Assembly: GCF_006345805.1 (NCBI RefSeq)
Contig: NC_043018.1
Span: 27,776,001 to 27,840,000, forward strand
Source of the DNA: Octopus sinensis
Taxonomy: Eukaryota
DNA: 64,000 nt
Direction: 5' to 3'
Within the stretch, counting starts at the first letter, position 1. Each line of letters begins with the position of its first letter. A program made the translations under genes and the position numbers. Shown one piece after another: positions 48,758-61,831 of the stretch. Under the pieces are notes generated by a model, which did not search any database, had not been told where the DNA came from, and saw nothing but the letters and a program-made list of their open reading frames with translations.

Positions 48758-50400
48758 ACAAAATTAGAAAATGGAGAAACATACCTAATCAATCATCAAC
48801 CATCAGATAATACCCAATCAATACTTTATTAAACCATTACACACCACAGCAATGATATATACATTGATATAGTACAAATATAACAAGACATAGAAATAGA
48901 AATAGAAAATACATTTACATTGTAGCTGACAGCTGTTTCGGCCGTGAAGACAGTATGTCCCATTTACCTATTAGCCATATAAAGCAGGTATAAATGAGAC
49001 ATTAACAAGAATGTCTCACGGCCTCTTCAGAGAATTTAATGTAAGTATGAAAAAATTTTTTTACATATAAATATAAATATGTGTGCATACACACTCATAT
49101 TCCTACATATATATATATACACAATAATACAATATAAACAGTATAGAACAATATACATTAACAAACACAATAGTGTTCCATATTGAACTTCACAGTTCTA
49201 TAACCAACATCAAGGTAATACAACATGTACACTCACATTTAAAGCGGGCATATATATTGAACAGTCCAATCTATTAAAATGTGTCACCACACAAAAAGTC
49301 AATAAAATTAATATTAATATTAATAATAATAATGACAACCACTATTTGTACCATCCAAAGCAAGCGGACATCCACATATATATTCAATCAGTCGAACTCC
49401 TCTGCCCGCATGGTATTGATTTTGGCTTATAGTTTAAATTTGAATCACAATGGAAATTTTACGGTTAGTTGGCCAGGAAACATACACACGCGCACGCACA
49501 TCCACAAATCATGCGCACATACATACATAGTTATATGTATACACACACACACACACCCACACACATACACACACACCCACACACATACACACAGACATAC
49601 CCACATACACAACCAAATCATAAATAAATAAATAATATAAGAGGTAGTATCGCAACTATATACATGGAAAACAGAGGAACTCAACCGATTGCACATACAT
49701 GCATGCAGACATCCAGACACCCCAACGACACCATGGCGGTGGTATATATATATATATATATATATATAACCCAAGCTAAATAAGCAATAATAATAATACT
49801 TAGAGGTACTACTTCTACTGCTACGACCATGACCACTAACAACAACAACAATACTAAAGGTGATCAAGATGAAGATAGCAGGAAAATTATCTTATTTAGG
49901 GTTAAAAGTTCTATTGCCACCACCATCACCACTAGCAACAATAATTAAGGTGCTGACAATGATGATGATGACGATTGAAATATAAAAATATAAAAATCTC
50001 TGACAAAGGCTATTTACAACATTTCTAAAAATAACCCAACAATTGCTGCTTCGGCCAGGGTCAAGGTACAGCGTGACGCCTAAACCAATCAGCTTAAGTA
50101 ATTGAGTGATACTACACACTGATTGGTCAGAATACAGCTTGCAAAACTACCCAGCTGTATTTATAGCACAGAATCAATCATCTTGCTACAGTCAAAAATT
50201 GTGAAGCATGACTGTCACCACTACTACATGAACCCGAAGATTGCAGAATTTAATGCATGAAAGTACTAGTTCAATCAGAATGAACATTTAACATTCTACT
50301 ATTTTATTTTATTTTATTCTATTATATAATATTATCTTATAATATATCATTATAAGATTGTAAATAAAACGTGAAAATCAGACAAGTTTGGAATTACTTT
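48758..50400 (-). mobile_element. Non-coding relative of the 33600-35580 element, with hammerhead
   Basis: ACAAAATTAGAAAATGGAGAAACATAC...CAGATAATACCCAATCA.ATACTTTATT is the reverse complement of ~35505-35580; right boundary uncertain. Confidence 0.55.
48925..49033 (-). ncRNA. Type I hammerhead ribozyme with extended stem II
   Basis: CTGAAGA-GGCCGTGA-(~70 nt)-TCACGGCC-GAAAC-AGCT-GTC; palindromic ACAGCUGU stem III, GUC site; stem I weak. Confidence 0.72.
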
Positions 50401-50445
50401 TATTATATATTCTTCTATACACAATCACACCACCCATATATATAT

Positions 50446-50492
<47 letters not shown>

Positions 50493-50514
50493 ATATGCAT
50501 GTATGTATATATCT

Positions 50515-50715
50515 GTGTGCGTGTCTTTGTCTGTGTTGTCCCCCTATCATCGCCTGGCAACCGGTGTTGGTGTGTACGTTTCCGTAACTTAGCGTTTTGG
50601 CAAAGGACCCGATGGATAACATTTCTAGGCTTAGAAATATGCCGTAGGGTCGAATTGTTCGACAAAAGGCGGTGCTCCAGCATGGCCGCAGTCAAATCAC
50701 TGAAACAATAAAAGA
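50515..50715 (+). mobile_element. SINE family A 3' half
   Basis: CAACCGGTGTTGGTGTG...GGCGGTGCTCCAGCATGGCCGCAGTCAAAT. Confidence 0.7.
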
Positions 50716-50921
50716 TAAAAATGAATCGAACGTGAGTGTATGCGTGTATGTGTGTCTGCGGAGGAGTCGGTGAGTTTATGTGTATGTGCGTGTGTGTGTG
50801 TGTGTGCGTGTGTACAAACATTCATACAAAATGATGTGTGCTTATAGACACACGTATGTGATTATATATATATATATATTATATATATAGATATATATTA
50901 TATATATATATATATATTATA

Positions 50922-50969
<48 letters not shown>

Positions 50970-51684
50970 CTTTGTGTGTGGTATGTGTGTGTGTGTATGT
51001 ATTTGACAAAGCTATGATCCCTCGATCGTATTGTATTAAGGAGGTTGGACTGGTTTGGATAAGTCCTGGTTGTTCGCCATTGCTATTGCTGCTGGTGTTG
51101 TTGTTGTAACTGTTGTTGTTGTTATTGTTGTTGTTGCTGTTGTTGTAGGCGGCGGTGATGTGGTGGCGTGGTGGCGTGGTGGCGTTAGCAGTTTTTCCCT
51201 TTGCGAGTGCTGACCATTATCTACACAAAGTTGGTCTTAATAACCGTTCACTAAAATCGCAATGCAGTCTGACTCCCTTCAGCTAAGTCGGGGGTTTGGC
51301 AGAAGAAGAATGGTGGCAATGGCAGCGGCGGTGGCGGTGGTGGTAGTGGCGGTGGGGGTGGTAATGGAAAGAAAGAAAGACAGAATGAAAGGAAGCTGTT
51401 CTCGAAAGGTAGAGAGAAAGATTTGGGGCTGGGGACGAATCACAAACGGTGAGATAAATTTATGTATAAATGCTGTGAATAGAGGGAAATATTTACAGAG
51501 AGACAGTGGCACAAACAGGGAGGGAGTGGAGCACTGAGAGACGGATGAGAAAGGAGAGAAACTGACGGACAATATGGTACATAGATGAATTGATAAACGG
51601 AAAAGACGTTTATGTGTCTGTTTATGTGTGTATGCATGCGTGTGTGTGTGTGCGACTGTGTAGATAGTGTAAGTAAAGAAAGAT

Positions 51685-51687
51685 TCG

Positions 51688-51750
<63 letters not shown>

Positions 51751-51771
51751 GTCTTTCTGTCTATCTGTCTG

Positions 51772-51852
<81 letters not shown>

Positions 51853-51916
51853 TTGTCTGTCTGTCTGCCTGTCTGTCTATCTATCTGTCTGCCTGTCTGT
51901 CTGTCTGTCTGTCTCA

Positions 51917-51954
<38 letters not shown>

Positions 51955-51996
51955 GTTGGGCAGTGTGTCTGTCAGTCTGTATTCATATACATAATG

Positions 51997-52056
<60 letters not shown>

Positions 52057-52189
52057 TACATATATATATATATATATACAGAGAGAGAGATAAATAGATA
52101 GATACATACATACATACATATATTCCTACACACACACAAGCACACACACAAATACATACATACGTACGAGCAGAGAAAGTGAAAAGAAG

Positions 52190-52225
<36 letters not shown>
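51685..52225. repeat. (TATC)n/(TGTC)n/(TA)n/(GA)n microsatellites
   Basis: Direct inspection. Confidence 0.95.
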
Positions 52226-52229
<4 letters not shown>

Positions 52230-52799
52230 ATTTGTCTGGCTAGATCGATAGATTGGTAGATAGACAGGTATATAGACAGACAGTCAGACAGCGATAGTTA
52301 TATATGAAGACAGATAGGCAAACAGCCTGCTAGCCAGTCAGATTGCTAGCTAAATATATAGATAGCAAGAATGTTTAAAGGAAAGACAAAGTCATTAAAG
52401 AAAGAAGGAAAACACGAAGAAAGGAGATAGAAGAAAAGAAAGACAAAAAAAATCGTACGCCTCTAAAGAGGTTGAAGGGAATTGAATAAAAGTAAGGAAA
52501 GAGAAGGAAAATAAATGAAACAGAAAAATGGAAGAGAAGAATAAGAAGAGGATAAGAGATAAGGCGAAAAGCTATTTCGGTAAAGGGCAGAAGCCGGTAG
52601 AAGATTTCTACGGAATCTCGTTAATGGTGCAGAGTTTGATCTGTTGAAGCTACTTTGGTAAATTGAAGTACGGTTTGACCGTCAACTAAGATGTCTTAAC
52701 GTACATTTTGCTTAACGCAGACGACCAAAGCAAAAAGACGCAGACGACCGACAGAGGAGGCAAAAGGAAAGTAAGCTGAAAAATGCCGTGACACATCGA

Positions 52800-54410
52800 C
52801 AGAGGGAGGGAGGGAAAGAGGGAGAAAGAGAGTATACGGGTGAAAGGCAGAGAGAAAGCAAAAGAACGAAAGAGAGAGAGAAACCAATAAGAGAATAGGA
52901 GAGAGAGAGAAAGAGACTATGTGGGTGAATGGTAGAGAGAAAACAGAAGAACGAAAGAGAGAGAGAGAAACCAATAAAAGAAAGAAAGAGAGGGAGAGAA
53001 TAGGAGAGAAAGAATGAGAGTATGTGGGTGAAAGGCAGAGAGCGAAGGAGAGAGAGAAACCGATAAGAGAGAGAGAGAAAGAGAGAAAAGAGGGAGAGAA
53101 TAGGGGAGAGAGAAAGAGAGTATGTGGGTGAATGGTAGAGAGAAAACAAAAGAACGAAAGAGAGAGGAACCGATAAGAGAAAGAGAGAGAAAGACAAAGA
53201 AAGGGTGACAGAAAGAGGAGAGAGAGACAGACTGACAGAGAAAGGGAAGAGAAAAAAATTGTATGGGTCTCTGAGTGGGTAGGAGGGAATAAAAGGGAGG
53301 GATGAGAGAGAGAGAGAAAAAGAGAGAGAGGAGTGAGAGAGAGGAAGAGAGAGAACAGAAGAATGAAAGGGGAACACATGAGAGAAAGAGAGAGAGGCAA
53401 AGAAAGGGTAAGAGAAAAGAGAAATAGATAAATAAAGAGAGAGAGGCAGAGAGAGAAAGAGAGGGGAAGAGATTGTATGGGTTTCTGGGTGGCTAAGAGG
53501 GAGAGAGAGAGAGAGAGCGAGAGAGAGAGAGAGAAAGGGAGAGAGAGAGAGAAAGAAAGAGAGAGAGAAATCAACAAAGAGGAAGGGAAAGCGTATGTGT
53601 GTGTGTGTGTTTGTCGGGGGGTGAGTGACCAAGAGAAAATATAAAGGTGAGAGAGACTGAGAAGCAGAGAGAGAGAGAGAGGTATATACAAATATTGAGA
53701 AAGGTTAAGGGACAAGCATAAAAAGAAAAAGATGGAGAAGATTATTTGTGAAAGAATCAGTGATGGCGAGACAGAGAGTGAACGAGAGAAAAGGAGATTG
53801 CGAAAGAGCTTGAGAGGCAAAGAGGAGAGAGAGGAAGGAGGCAGAGAGAAGAGAGGCAGAGAGAGAAGAGAGGCAGAGAGAAAAGAAGCAGAGAGAGGAG
53901 AGGGAAAGAGAGGAGAGGCAGAGAGAGGAGAGGCAGAGAGATGAGAGGCAGAGAGATAAGAGGCAGAGAGATGAGAGACAGAGAGAGGAGATGCAGAGAG
54001 AGGAGAGGTAAAGAGAGGAGAGGCAGAGAGAGGAGAGGCAGAGAGAAGAGAGGGGAAGAGAGGGGAAGAGAGAAAGAAGGAAAACAGTGCGGCAGAAAGA
54101 GAGAGAGAGAGGGGGACAGAGAGAAAGGCAGAGAGAGGGGGTAGAGAGAGGCAGCAAGGGAGGGAGAAATGTAGAGAAAGAGAGAGAGCGCGGAAGGGGG
54201 AAGTGGGTGGGGGCAGAGAGAGACAGGTAGAGAGAGGAAAAGGAAGGAGAGAGAGAGGCAGAGAAGGAGGGGAAAGAGAGGAGGGGAAGAGAGAAAGAGG
54301 GAAAACAGCACGACAGAAAGAGAGAGAGGAAAAGGAAGAAGGAGAGAGGGAGAGAGAGAAAGAGAGGGAAAGGCTGAGAGAGGGGGTAGAGAGGAGGAGG
54401 AGATGAAAAT
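52800..54410 (+). repeat. Polypurine (GA-rich) tract with ~90-100-bp and 15-bp sub-repeats
   Basis: TATGTGGGTGAA landmark at ~52835, 52918, 53021 and 53121; GAGAGGCAGAGAGAG-type repeats at ~53850-54050. Confidence 0.9.
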
Positions 54411-55269
54411 GGGGAGAATGTGGAAGGAAGCAGGACGGGAGGTGGAAAGAGACCAGGAAGCGTAAGGAAGGGTTGGGGGTGGTTCGGTGAAATGGGAGTG
54501 TGTGATGTAGTGTTTTTGTTGTTGTTGTTGTGTGTTTGTGGGTAGCATGGAGGTGGGTGGTGGTATGAGAACAGACAGAAGAAACATTTCTGGGGAATGT
54601 TCGTATGTATTTACAAATATTAATGCACTCCTAGGGAAAGAGAAAGAACGGAATAGCCGTAGTAATAATAGGCGGGTGCGGGTTGGGAGAGAAAGAGCTA
54701 GAGAATAGGAAGAATTAGGGAACAGGAGAATTAGAGAATAGGAGAATTAGGGAATTTGAAAGAATAGGAACGATATAGGTGCAATAAGATGAATAGATGC
54801 AAAAAGACACTATAGGGGCGATCAAAAGAATAGGAGCAACAAGAGTTATTACAGATACAGTAAAAAGGGTTTAGAAATTTGGCATAAGTCCAGAAATTTT
54901 AGGGGCAGAGGTTTAACTATTTTACATCAACCCGAATAATTGACAGGAACGTTAGTAAACAGTATTTCGTCCGTCTTTATGATCCTTTAGCCCAGCGGTT
55001 CCCATAGTAGGCGATATGTCCCCTCCCATCCCGAGGGCGGTAGAAAGTTCCAATGAGGGGCGTTGAAGAAAATTGGGGAGATAAATGTGGTAGCGATTCA
55101 TGTAAAAACAACAAAGTAATGGGTTCGTTAGGTTAAGTTTTATTTGTGAAATACTGTTGCTTTGAATTTGCTTCAGAAAGGGGTCTATGTTTGTGATGGT
55201 TAGTTGGGGTGGAGGAACTAGGAATGTGGCCTGGATGTCAAAGGGGTGGCAGCCTGAAAAAGTTTGAAA

Positions 55270-55586
55270 AAGTTTAGATCCCTAAAGGATGACAGGTAAA
55301 TTCGATCACGGCGGAATTCGAACTCGGGACAAAATGCTTGGAGTAAAAGTGCAAAGCGTTTTGCACGGATTGCTAACGATTCTGCCATCTGGTGGGAAGT
55401 AAGTCGATTACATCGACCCCATCGATCAAATGATACTTATTTTATCGACCCCAAAAGGGATAAAAGGCAAAGGCGACCTTGGCGGAATTTGCTCTCAGAT
55501 CGTAAAGACGGATGAAATGTCGCTAACTATTTTGTCCGGCTTACTAACGTTTCTGTCACCTCACCGCCTTAATAATGATGATGATG

Positions 55587-55639
<53 letters not shown>

Positions 55640-55852
55640 CTTTTCTACTCTAGGCACAAGGCCTGAAATTTTGTGGGAGGGAGCCAGTCGATTAGATAAA
55701 CCCCAGTACGCAACTGGTGCTTAATTTATGACCCCGAAAGGATGAAAAGCAAAGTCGACCTCAGCAGAATTTGAACTCAGGACGTAAAGACAAACTAAAT
55801 ACCGCTAAGCATTTCGCCCGGCGTGCTAATGTTTCTACCAGCGCGCTGCCTT
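55270..55852 (-). mobile_element. Cluster of family B SINE copies around (AAT)n
   Basis: Three overlapping or partial copies of ATCGACCCC.AAAGGATGAAAGGCAAAGTCGACCTC.GCGGAATTTGAACTC. Confidence 0.7.
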
Positions 55853-56216
55853 AATATGACACTCGGAAAAGGAAAAGAGTACTTGTTTTATGTTGTTTCG
55901 AGCATGGCTCTTCTTCGGAAACAGGAAAAACAGAAAAGTCCAGTGAGAAGAAGGAAAGAAGAAAAAATAACGCCAATAATACACGTGCTGTGCTGTTATG
56001 CACACACATACACACCAATGTATATAACGTATGTGTGTTTTCATGTATATGTATGTGTGCGTGTGTATGTGTGTGGTGTGAGGGGGATAGATTCTGTGCA
56101 TTTGTATGCGCGCGCGCGTGCATCACTTAAATTCACTCTAGAAGATTGAGATAACGTTTCGTTTCGCATCATTTCTATCTCAGAGAGTGTTTCGTACGTA
56201 TGTGTGTGAATGTGTG

Positions 56217-56247
<31 letters not shown>

Positions 56248-56897
56248 GTACACACATATATACACACATATATATACGCATATATCAGGTATGTGTGTAG
56301 CACATGTATGAGCTTGTGCATATGTGTGTATGCGTTTGTACGCATTAGTATATGTGTGTGTACACATGTGTTTATGTGTGTGTGTGTACGCATGAGTGTG
56401 TATATATGTGTGTGCGTGTGTGTGTGTGTGTGTGCGTATGTGTTGAGTGTGATGTTATGGGTGGTAAACGAATCAAGCTGACGTGTCCATCTTAAAAACG
56501 TATTTCATGCGTGAATATTGTAATTGCCGTTCCCGTCATGCCTTGACGATGGTACAAAACACACACGTACACACATACACGCACACACACGCACAAACAA
56601 ATATACATACACAAATGCACGCATATACCCGTGCGGAAGTACACGCAGAGACAAAGACATATCGAGGCAAACACTACCCGTATATTCATATTTGAATATT
56701 CCGACACCCATACAGTAACGCACATAGTGAAGACACAACTATGTATGCATACATACATACATACATACATACATACATACATACATACAAACATACATAC
56801 ATACATACAAACATACATACATACATACAAACATACATACATACATACAAACATACATACATACATACATATATATATATATATGCACACAAACACA

Positions 56898-56930
<33 letters not shown>

Positions 56931-56968
56931 GCTTATCTATCTGTCTAGTTATCTATCTATTTATCTAA

Positions 56969-57033
<65 letters not shown>

Positions 57034-57074
57034 ATATATACATACATAATATATATATATATTATATATATAAG

Positions 57075-57106
<32 letters not shown>

Positions 57107-57809
57107 TCTGTTTTTCTGTCTATCTATGTATCTATGTATCTATATATTTATCTATCTATGTATCTATTTATTTGCCTGTTTGTTGCCCGTCTATCTTATC
57201 GGTATGTATGTATGTATGTATGGATGTCTGTATGTATGTATGTTTGTATGTATGTATGTATTTAAAATGTCCCTTGTGTCTTCACCCGATTTGAGCGAAA
57301 TCAGTACATGGTAATGATAAACTGTTTGACTAATGTTTTTTTAAACGCTTACCTTTCTTTCTTCATTATCTTCCACTTCCTTCCTCTCACTGGAACCCAG
57401 AAAAAACCAAATGTGACGTTGATTATTGTATCAATACCCGAAATGCCCAAATTCATGAATTACATCAACAAACAGATGCACTAACACACGCACATTTTGA
57501 ATATATAGGAAATACTGACACGACAAGGTACCAATTTTTCCTGGAAATAGCAGTCGATAACTGTTAGACGCTTGGCAAAGCTTCACTGAATGTATAGAGA
57601 CACAGATGCTTGCTTGCTTGCTTGCTTACTTACTTGCTTACTTACTTACTTGCTTACTTACTTATTTACTTACTTGCTTACTTACTTGCTTGCTTATTTA
57701 CTTTTTGTACAAGTTTTTACCAAATATCGTTCTTTTCCATATCTAAAATTTATTAATTATATATATGTATAACATATATGTATATATATTAGATATGTGT
57801 ATATATATA

Positions 57810-58360
57810 TGTTAGTTGGATGGTTGGTTGGATCGATGGATGGACGGACGGACGGATGGATGGATGGGTTTGTGGGTGGATGGATTAATGGATGGATGGG
57901 TAGAAGACTGGGTGGATGGATGGATGGACGAATGGGTGGGTTGATGGGTGGATCGATGGATTGATGGATTGATGGATGGACGGATGGGTGGATGGATGAG
58001 TGGGTGGATGGATGGGTGGATGGGTGGGTGGATGGATGGATGATGGATAAATGGATGGATGGACGGATGAATGGATGGATGGATGGGTGGATGGATGGAT
58101 GGTGGGTGGGTGGGTGGGTTTATAAGTGGATGGGTGGATGGACAGACGGACGGACGGACGGATGGATGGACGGATGGACGGATGGACGGACGGATGAATG
58201 GATGGATGGTGGGTGGGTGGGTGGGTGGATAAGTGGATGGGTGGATGGATGGATGGATGGATGGATGGATGGGTGGATAGATGGGTGGGTGGATGGATGG
58301 TACATAGATTGATGGATGGATGTATGGATGAATGGATGAATGGAAGTATGGATGGATGGT
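57810..58360. repeat. (GGAT)n/(GGGT)n microsatellite
   Basis: Direct inspection. Confidence 0.95.
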
Positions 58361-58580
58361 ACTTGCTTGCTTTATTGCTTACTTACGTACTTACTTTCTT
58401 ACTTACTTTGTGGGCACAAGACCTGAAATTTTGGTGGGAGGGTTAAGTCGATTACATTGACTCTAGTGCTCAACTGGTACTTATTTCATCGACCTTGGAG
58501 GGATGAAAGGCAAAGTCGACCACTGTAGAATATGAGCTTAGTAAGAGAAAAACCTGAAGAAATAACATAACGTTAAGATA

Positions 58581-58888
58581 TTGTTGTTTGTCCCTTCTCG
58601 AGCCACGCCTGGCTCATAAGGGCCGGTTTCCGGTTTCTGTGGCGTATAGGTTCCTCACCTGGACGGGACGCCGGTCCGTCGCAGTTGTGCTGCATGATGC
58701 AGGAGGAAAGAGTAAGAGAAAGTTGTGGCGGTAGAGTCAGCAGAAGTTCGCCATTACCTTCTGCCGGAGCCGCGTGGAACTTTGGTGTTTTCGCTCATAA
58801 ACACACACACCACCCGGTCTGAGATTCGAACCCGCAATCCTTCGACCGCGAATCCACTGCTCTAACCACTAGGCCATGTACCTCCACC
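58581..58888 (-). mobile_element. SINE family C with 12-bp TSD
   Basis: Reverse complement of GTGGAGG(T)ACATGGCCTAGTGGTTAGAGCAG head; TSD AACGTTAAGATA at 58569-58580 and 58889-58900. Confidence 0.88.
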
Positions 58889-59010
58889 AACGTTAAGATA
58901 CGCACGTGAAGGAGTCTGCACGCGCACTCGTGTGTGTGTTCTCGTCATGTCCACTGCCTTATACACTCGAGTTGAATGGCTTTCGCTAGAGATGATGATA
59001 ATATTCCTAG

Positions 59011-59246
59011 AGTCAATGTAATCGACTTAACCCTCCCACCAAAGTTTCAGGTCTTGTGCCCACAAAGTAAGTAAGTAAGTAAGTAAGCAACCATCCATCC
59101 ATCAATTAATCCATCCATCTATCCATCCATCCATCCATCCAACTAACATAAATATATATACATATATAATATATATACATATACATATATAATATATATA
59201 CATATGTATAATTAATAAACTTTCGGTATGGAAATGAACGATATGG
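59011..59246 (-). repeat. Local inverted duplication of ~57720-58465, flanked by a 15-bp direct repeat
   Basis: Reverse complement of 58400-58465, a shortened (GGAT)n and 57720-57830; TGATAATATTCCTAG at 58996-59010 and 59247-59261. Confidence 0.85.
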
Positions 59247-59790
59247 TGATAATATTCCTAGGAAAATGTGTCTGCTAATCCCTTCGTACAGCTTCCGTAG
59301 GATATCCAAGTGCACAGTGTGAGTCTTCAATGGCGTTTTCCGTATCCCCATCCTCGTTACAACCAGATCAAAGTCAAGTGCGATGGAGAATCCCATAACT
59401 TTGTGGAAATGTAATTGTTGCGTCTCGCGTATTTGCTGTTAATCGTTTTAATTCACTTCTATTAATATTCGATACACCTGAGTAGTTAATAGCCATGCTT
59501 TGCTCACGTTAATTAGGAATTTAATTGAAATATTTGGTGGAACCGACTTCAATAACGACGAAGTCACAATGATTGCTTTGCAGTATCTAACCGGCTCTTA
59601 ACGGTCCACGATTTCACGTTTGTTTCCCAAACGCTTTAAAGATTAATATTTCTTTCTTTTTGTTTTTTAAAAATTTCTTCGTCAGCCAACGCTCTCTCCG
59701 TTTTGGTGTACACGACCAGTCGTGATTCTCCACTTTTGATATTTTTGCCAATTTATTTCGGATTTTGTATATTAAACATAAATTACTGAG

Positions 59791-59830
<40 letters not shown>

Positions 59831-60688
59831 ATAGTGAGGGAGAGAGAGAGTAAAAGATGTTATTATTGAGAAATAAAGTGTGTAAACATACATACGTACG
59901 CACACACGCACACATATATAGTCACAGAGTTATACAGTTCTTTATGTATGCATATTTATTTATATACATACATATAAATATATGTATACACACACACACA
60001 CGCATATATATAATTGAGGTTATAAGAGATAATGGTGTCAGTGAGACCCAAAGGTGTCAATTAATGCTGAATAAGTGCTATAGACAGACCATAGTTAAGT
60101 TCCAGGTTCAGTAATATTGCGAATAAAGGGTTCAACGTTGGTTCAATATCAGCGTGTGTATATGAGAATTTTTTGCGTAATAAGATAAAAATAACAAAGG
60201 CTGTATAGATATTAGAGCATTTATAGATATATATTTATGTATGTATGTATGTATGTATGTATGTATGTATGTATGTATGTATGTATGTATGTATGTATGT
60301 ATTGTATGTATGTATGTATGTATATAAATATATATATAATTTATCAATATAGGGTAGCAAAAAAATTCAAGAAAAATTCAAGAAAAATTTTCTGCAACCA
60401 GCGGTCAAGTGAGAAAATAGAAATAGTCACAGACTATATAATATATTCAACAAAGGAATGACCCTAACAGGTCTTTCAACTCACTTGAAAAGAGCAGCCA
60501 AACTCAAACCGCAAAAATAGTAGTAATTCTGAAAGCTAAAGGAGAAATAAAAACATTTATCCCTTTCAACTTTGTACCCTGCAAGGTTTCAACAATTTTT
60601 ACGCAATCGAACTTAATTAAATTAAATTAAATCCGTTTGCGATTCCTTAATACTTTGTTAAATATATATATATATATTTATTTAAATG

Positions 60689-60732
<44 letters not shown>

Positions 60733-60764
60733 AATGCTCTAAGACTGCTGCCATGCCTCTATGT

Positions 60765-60985
60765 TACGGGGATGTAAACACACCAACACCGGTTGTCAAA
60801 CGGGGGGGGGTGAAATACAAACACAAACACGACAGGCTTCATTCGATTTCCGTCTACCAAATCCACTCACAAGGCTTTGATTGGCCGATGACTATAGTAG
60901 AAGACACTTGCCCAAGGTGCCACGCAGTGGGATTGAACCAGAACAATGTGATTGAGAAACGAGCTTTTTACCACACAACCACGGC
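60765..60985 (-). mobile_element. SINE family A (partial)
   Basis: GTTACGGGGATGTAAACACACCAACACCGGTTGTC...GAAGACACTTGCCCAAGGTGCCACGCAGTGGGA. Confidence 0.7.
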
Positions 60986-61243
60986 TGAGCCTAAGTGTGT
61001 AGACATTTATGCGAACAAATAAAACTGCTTAGGTTTGATAAGCAAATCTCTATTTTTTCTAAAATATAACGTGTCTTGAATGGCACAACAATGCCGAATG
61101 CACTATATTAACTGTTATAATTTAATTATCCATAGTCTGATATAATAATAATATTTTGGAATACAAAAGTTCCTTCTTCAGATATCGCTAGTAATTGATC
61201 GAGTCACTGCTATAATCGATTTTCCAACGGTTCTTCTTTTATT

Positions 61244-61643
61244 TGTTTCAGTCATTTGACTGCGGCCATGCTAGAGCACCGCCTTTAGTCGAGCAAATCG
61301 ACCTCGGGACTTATTCTTTGTAAGCCCAGTACTTATTCTATCGGTCTCTTTTTGCCGAACTGCTAAGTGACGGGGACGTAAACACACCAGCATCGGTTGT
61401 CAAGCAATGGTAGGGGGACAAACACAAACACACAAACACACACGCATACATATATATATACATATATATATACATATGTACGACAGGCTTCTTTCAGTTT
61501 CCGTCTACCAAATCCACTGACAAGGCATTGGTCGGCCCGGGGCTATAACAGAAGACACTTGCCCAAGATGCCACGCAGTGGGACTGAACCCGGAACCATG
61601 TGGTTGGTTAGCAAGCTACTTACCACACAGCCACTCCTGCGCC
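61244..61643 (-). mobile_element. SINE family A, near full length
   Basis: Near-identical to 1060-1448. Confidence 0.85.
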
Positions 61644-61792
61644 TCGGAAGCGCCTCTGCAGTGGTCTCACGAAGCTCCTTCCAGAATTCCTCATGAGAAG
61701 TGCATGAGGGCGACCATGTCTCAAGCTTGTGTGTGCTGGCACATTCGTAGCGCTGCTTCTAAGTTATGTATTGTACGTGCAGTTTCTTTTCT

Positions 61793-61831
<39 letters not shown>

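Noticed and set aside
52696-54587. 374-aa, 306-aa and 276-aa Leu/Ser-rich ORFs resembling membrane proteins
   Set aside because: Reverse strand of a polypurine GA tract, which lacks stops for compositional reasons.
54993-55268. hAT-like MITE starting CAGCGGTTCCCA
   Set aside because: Right TIR and TSD not recoverable.
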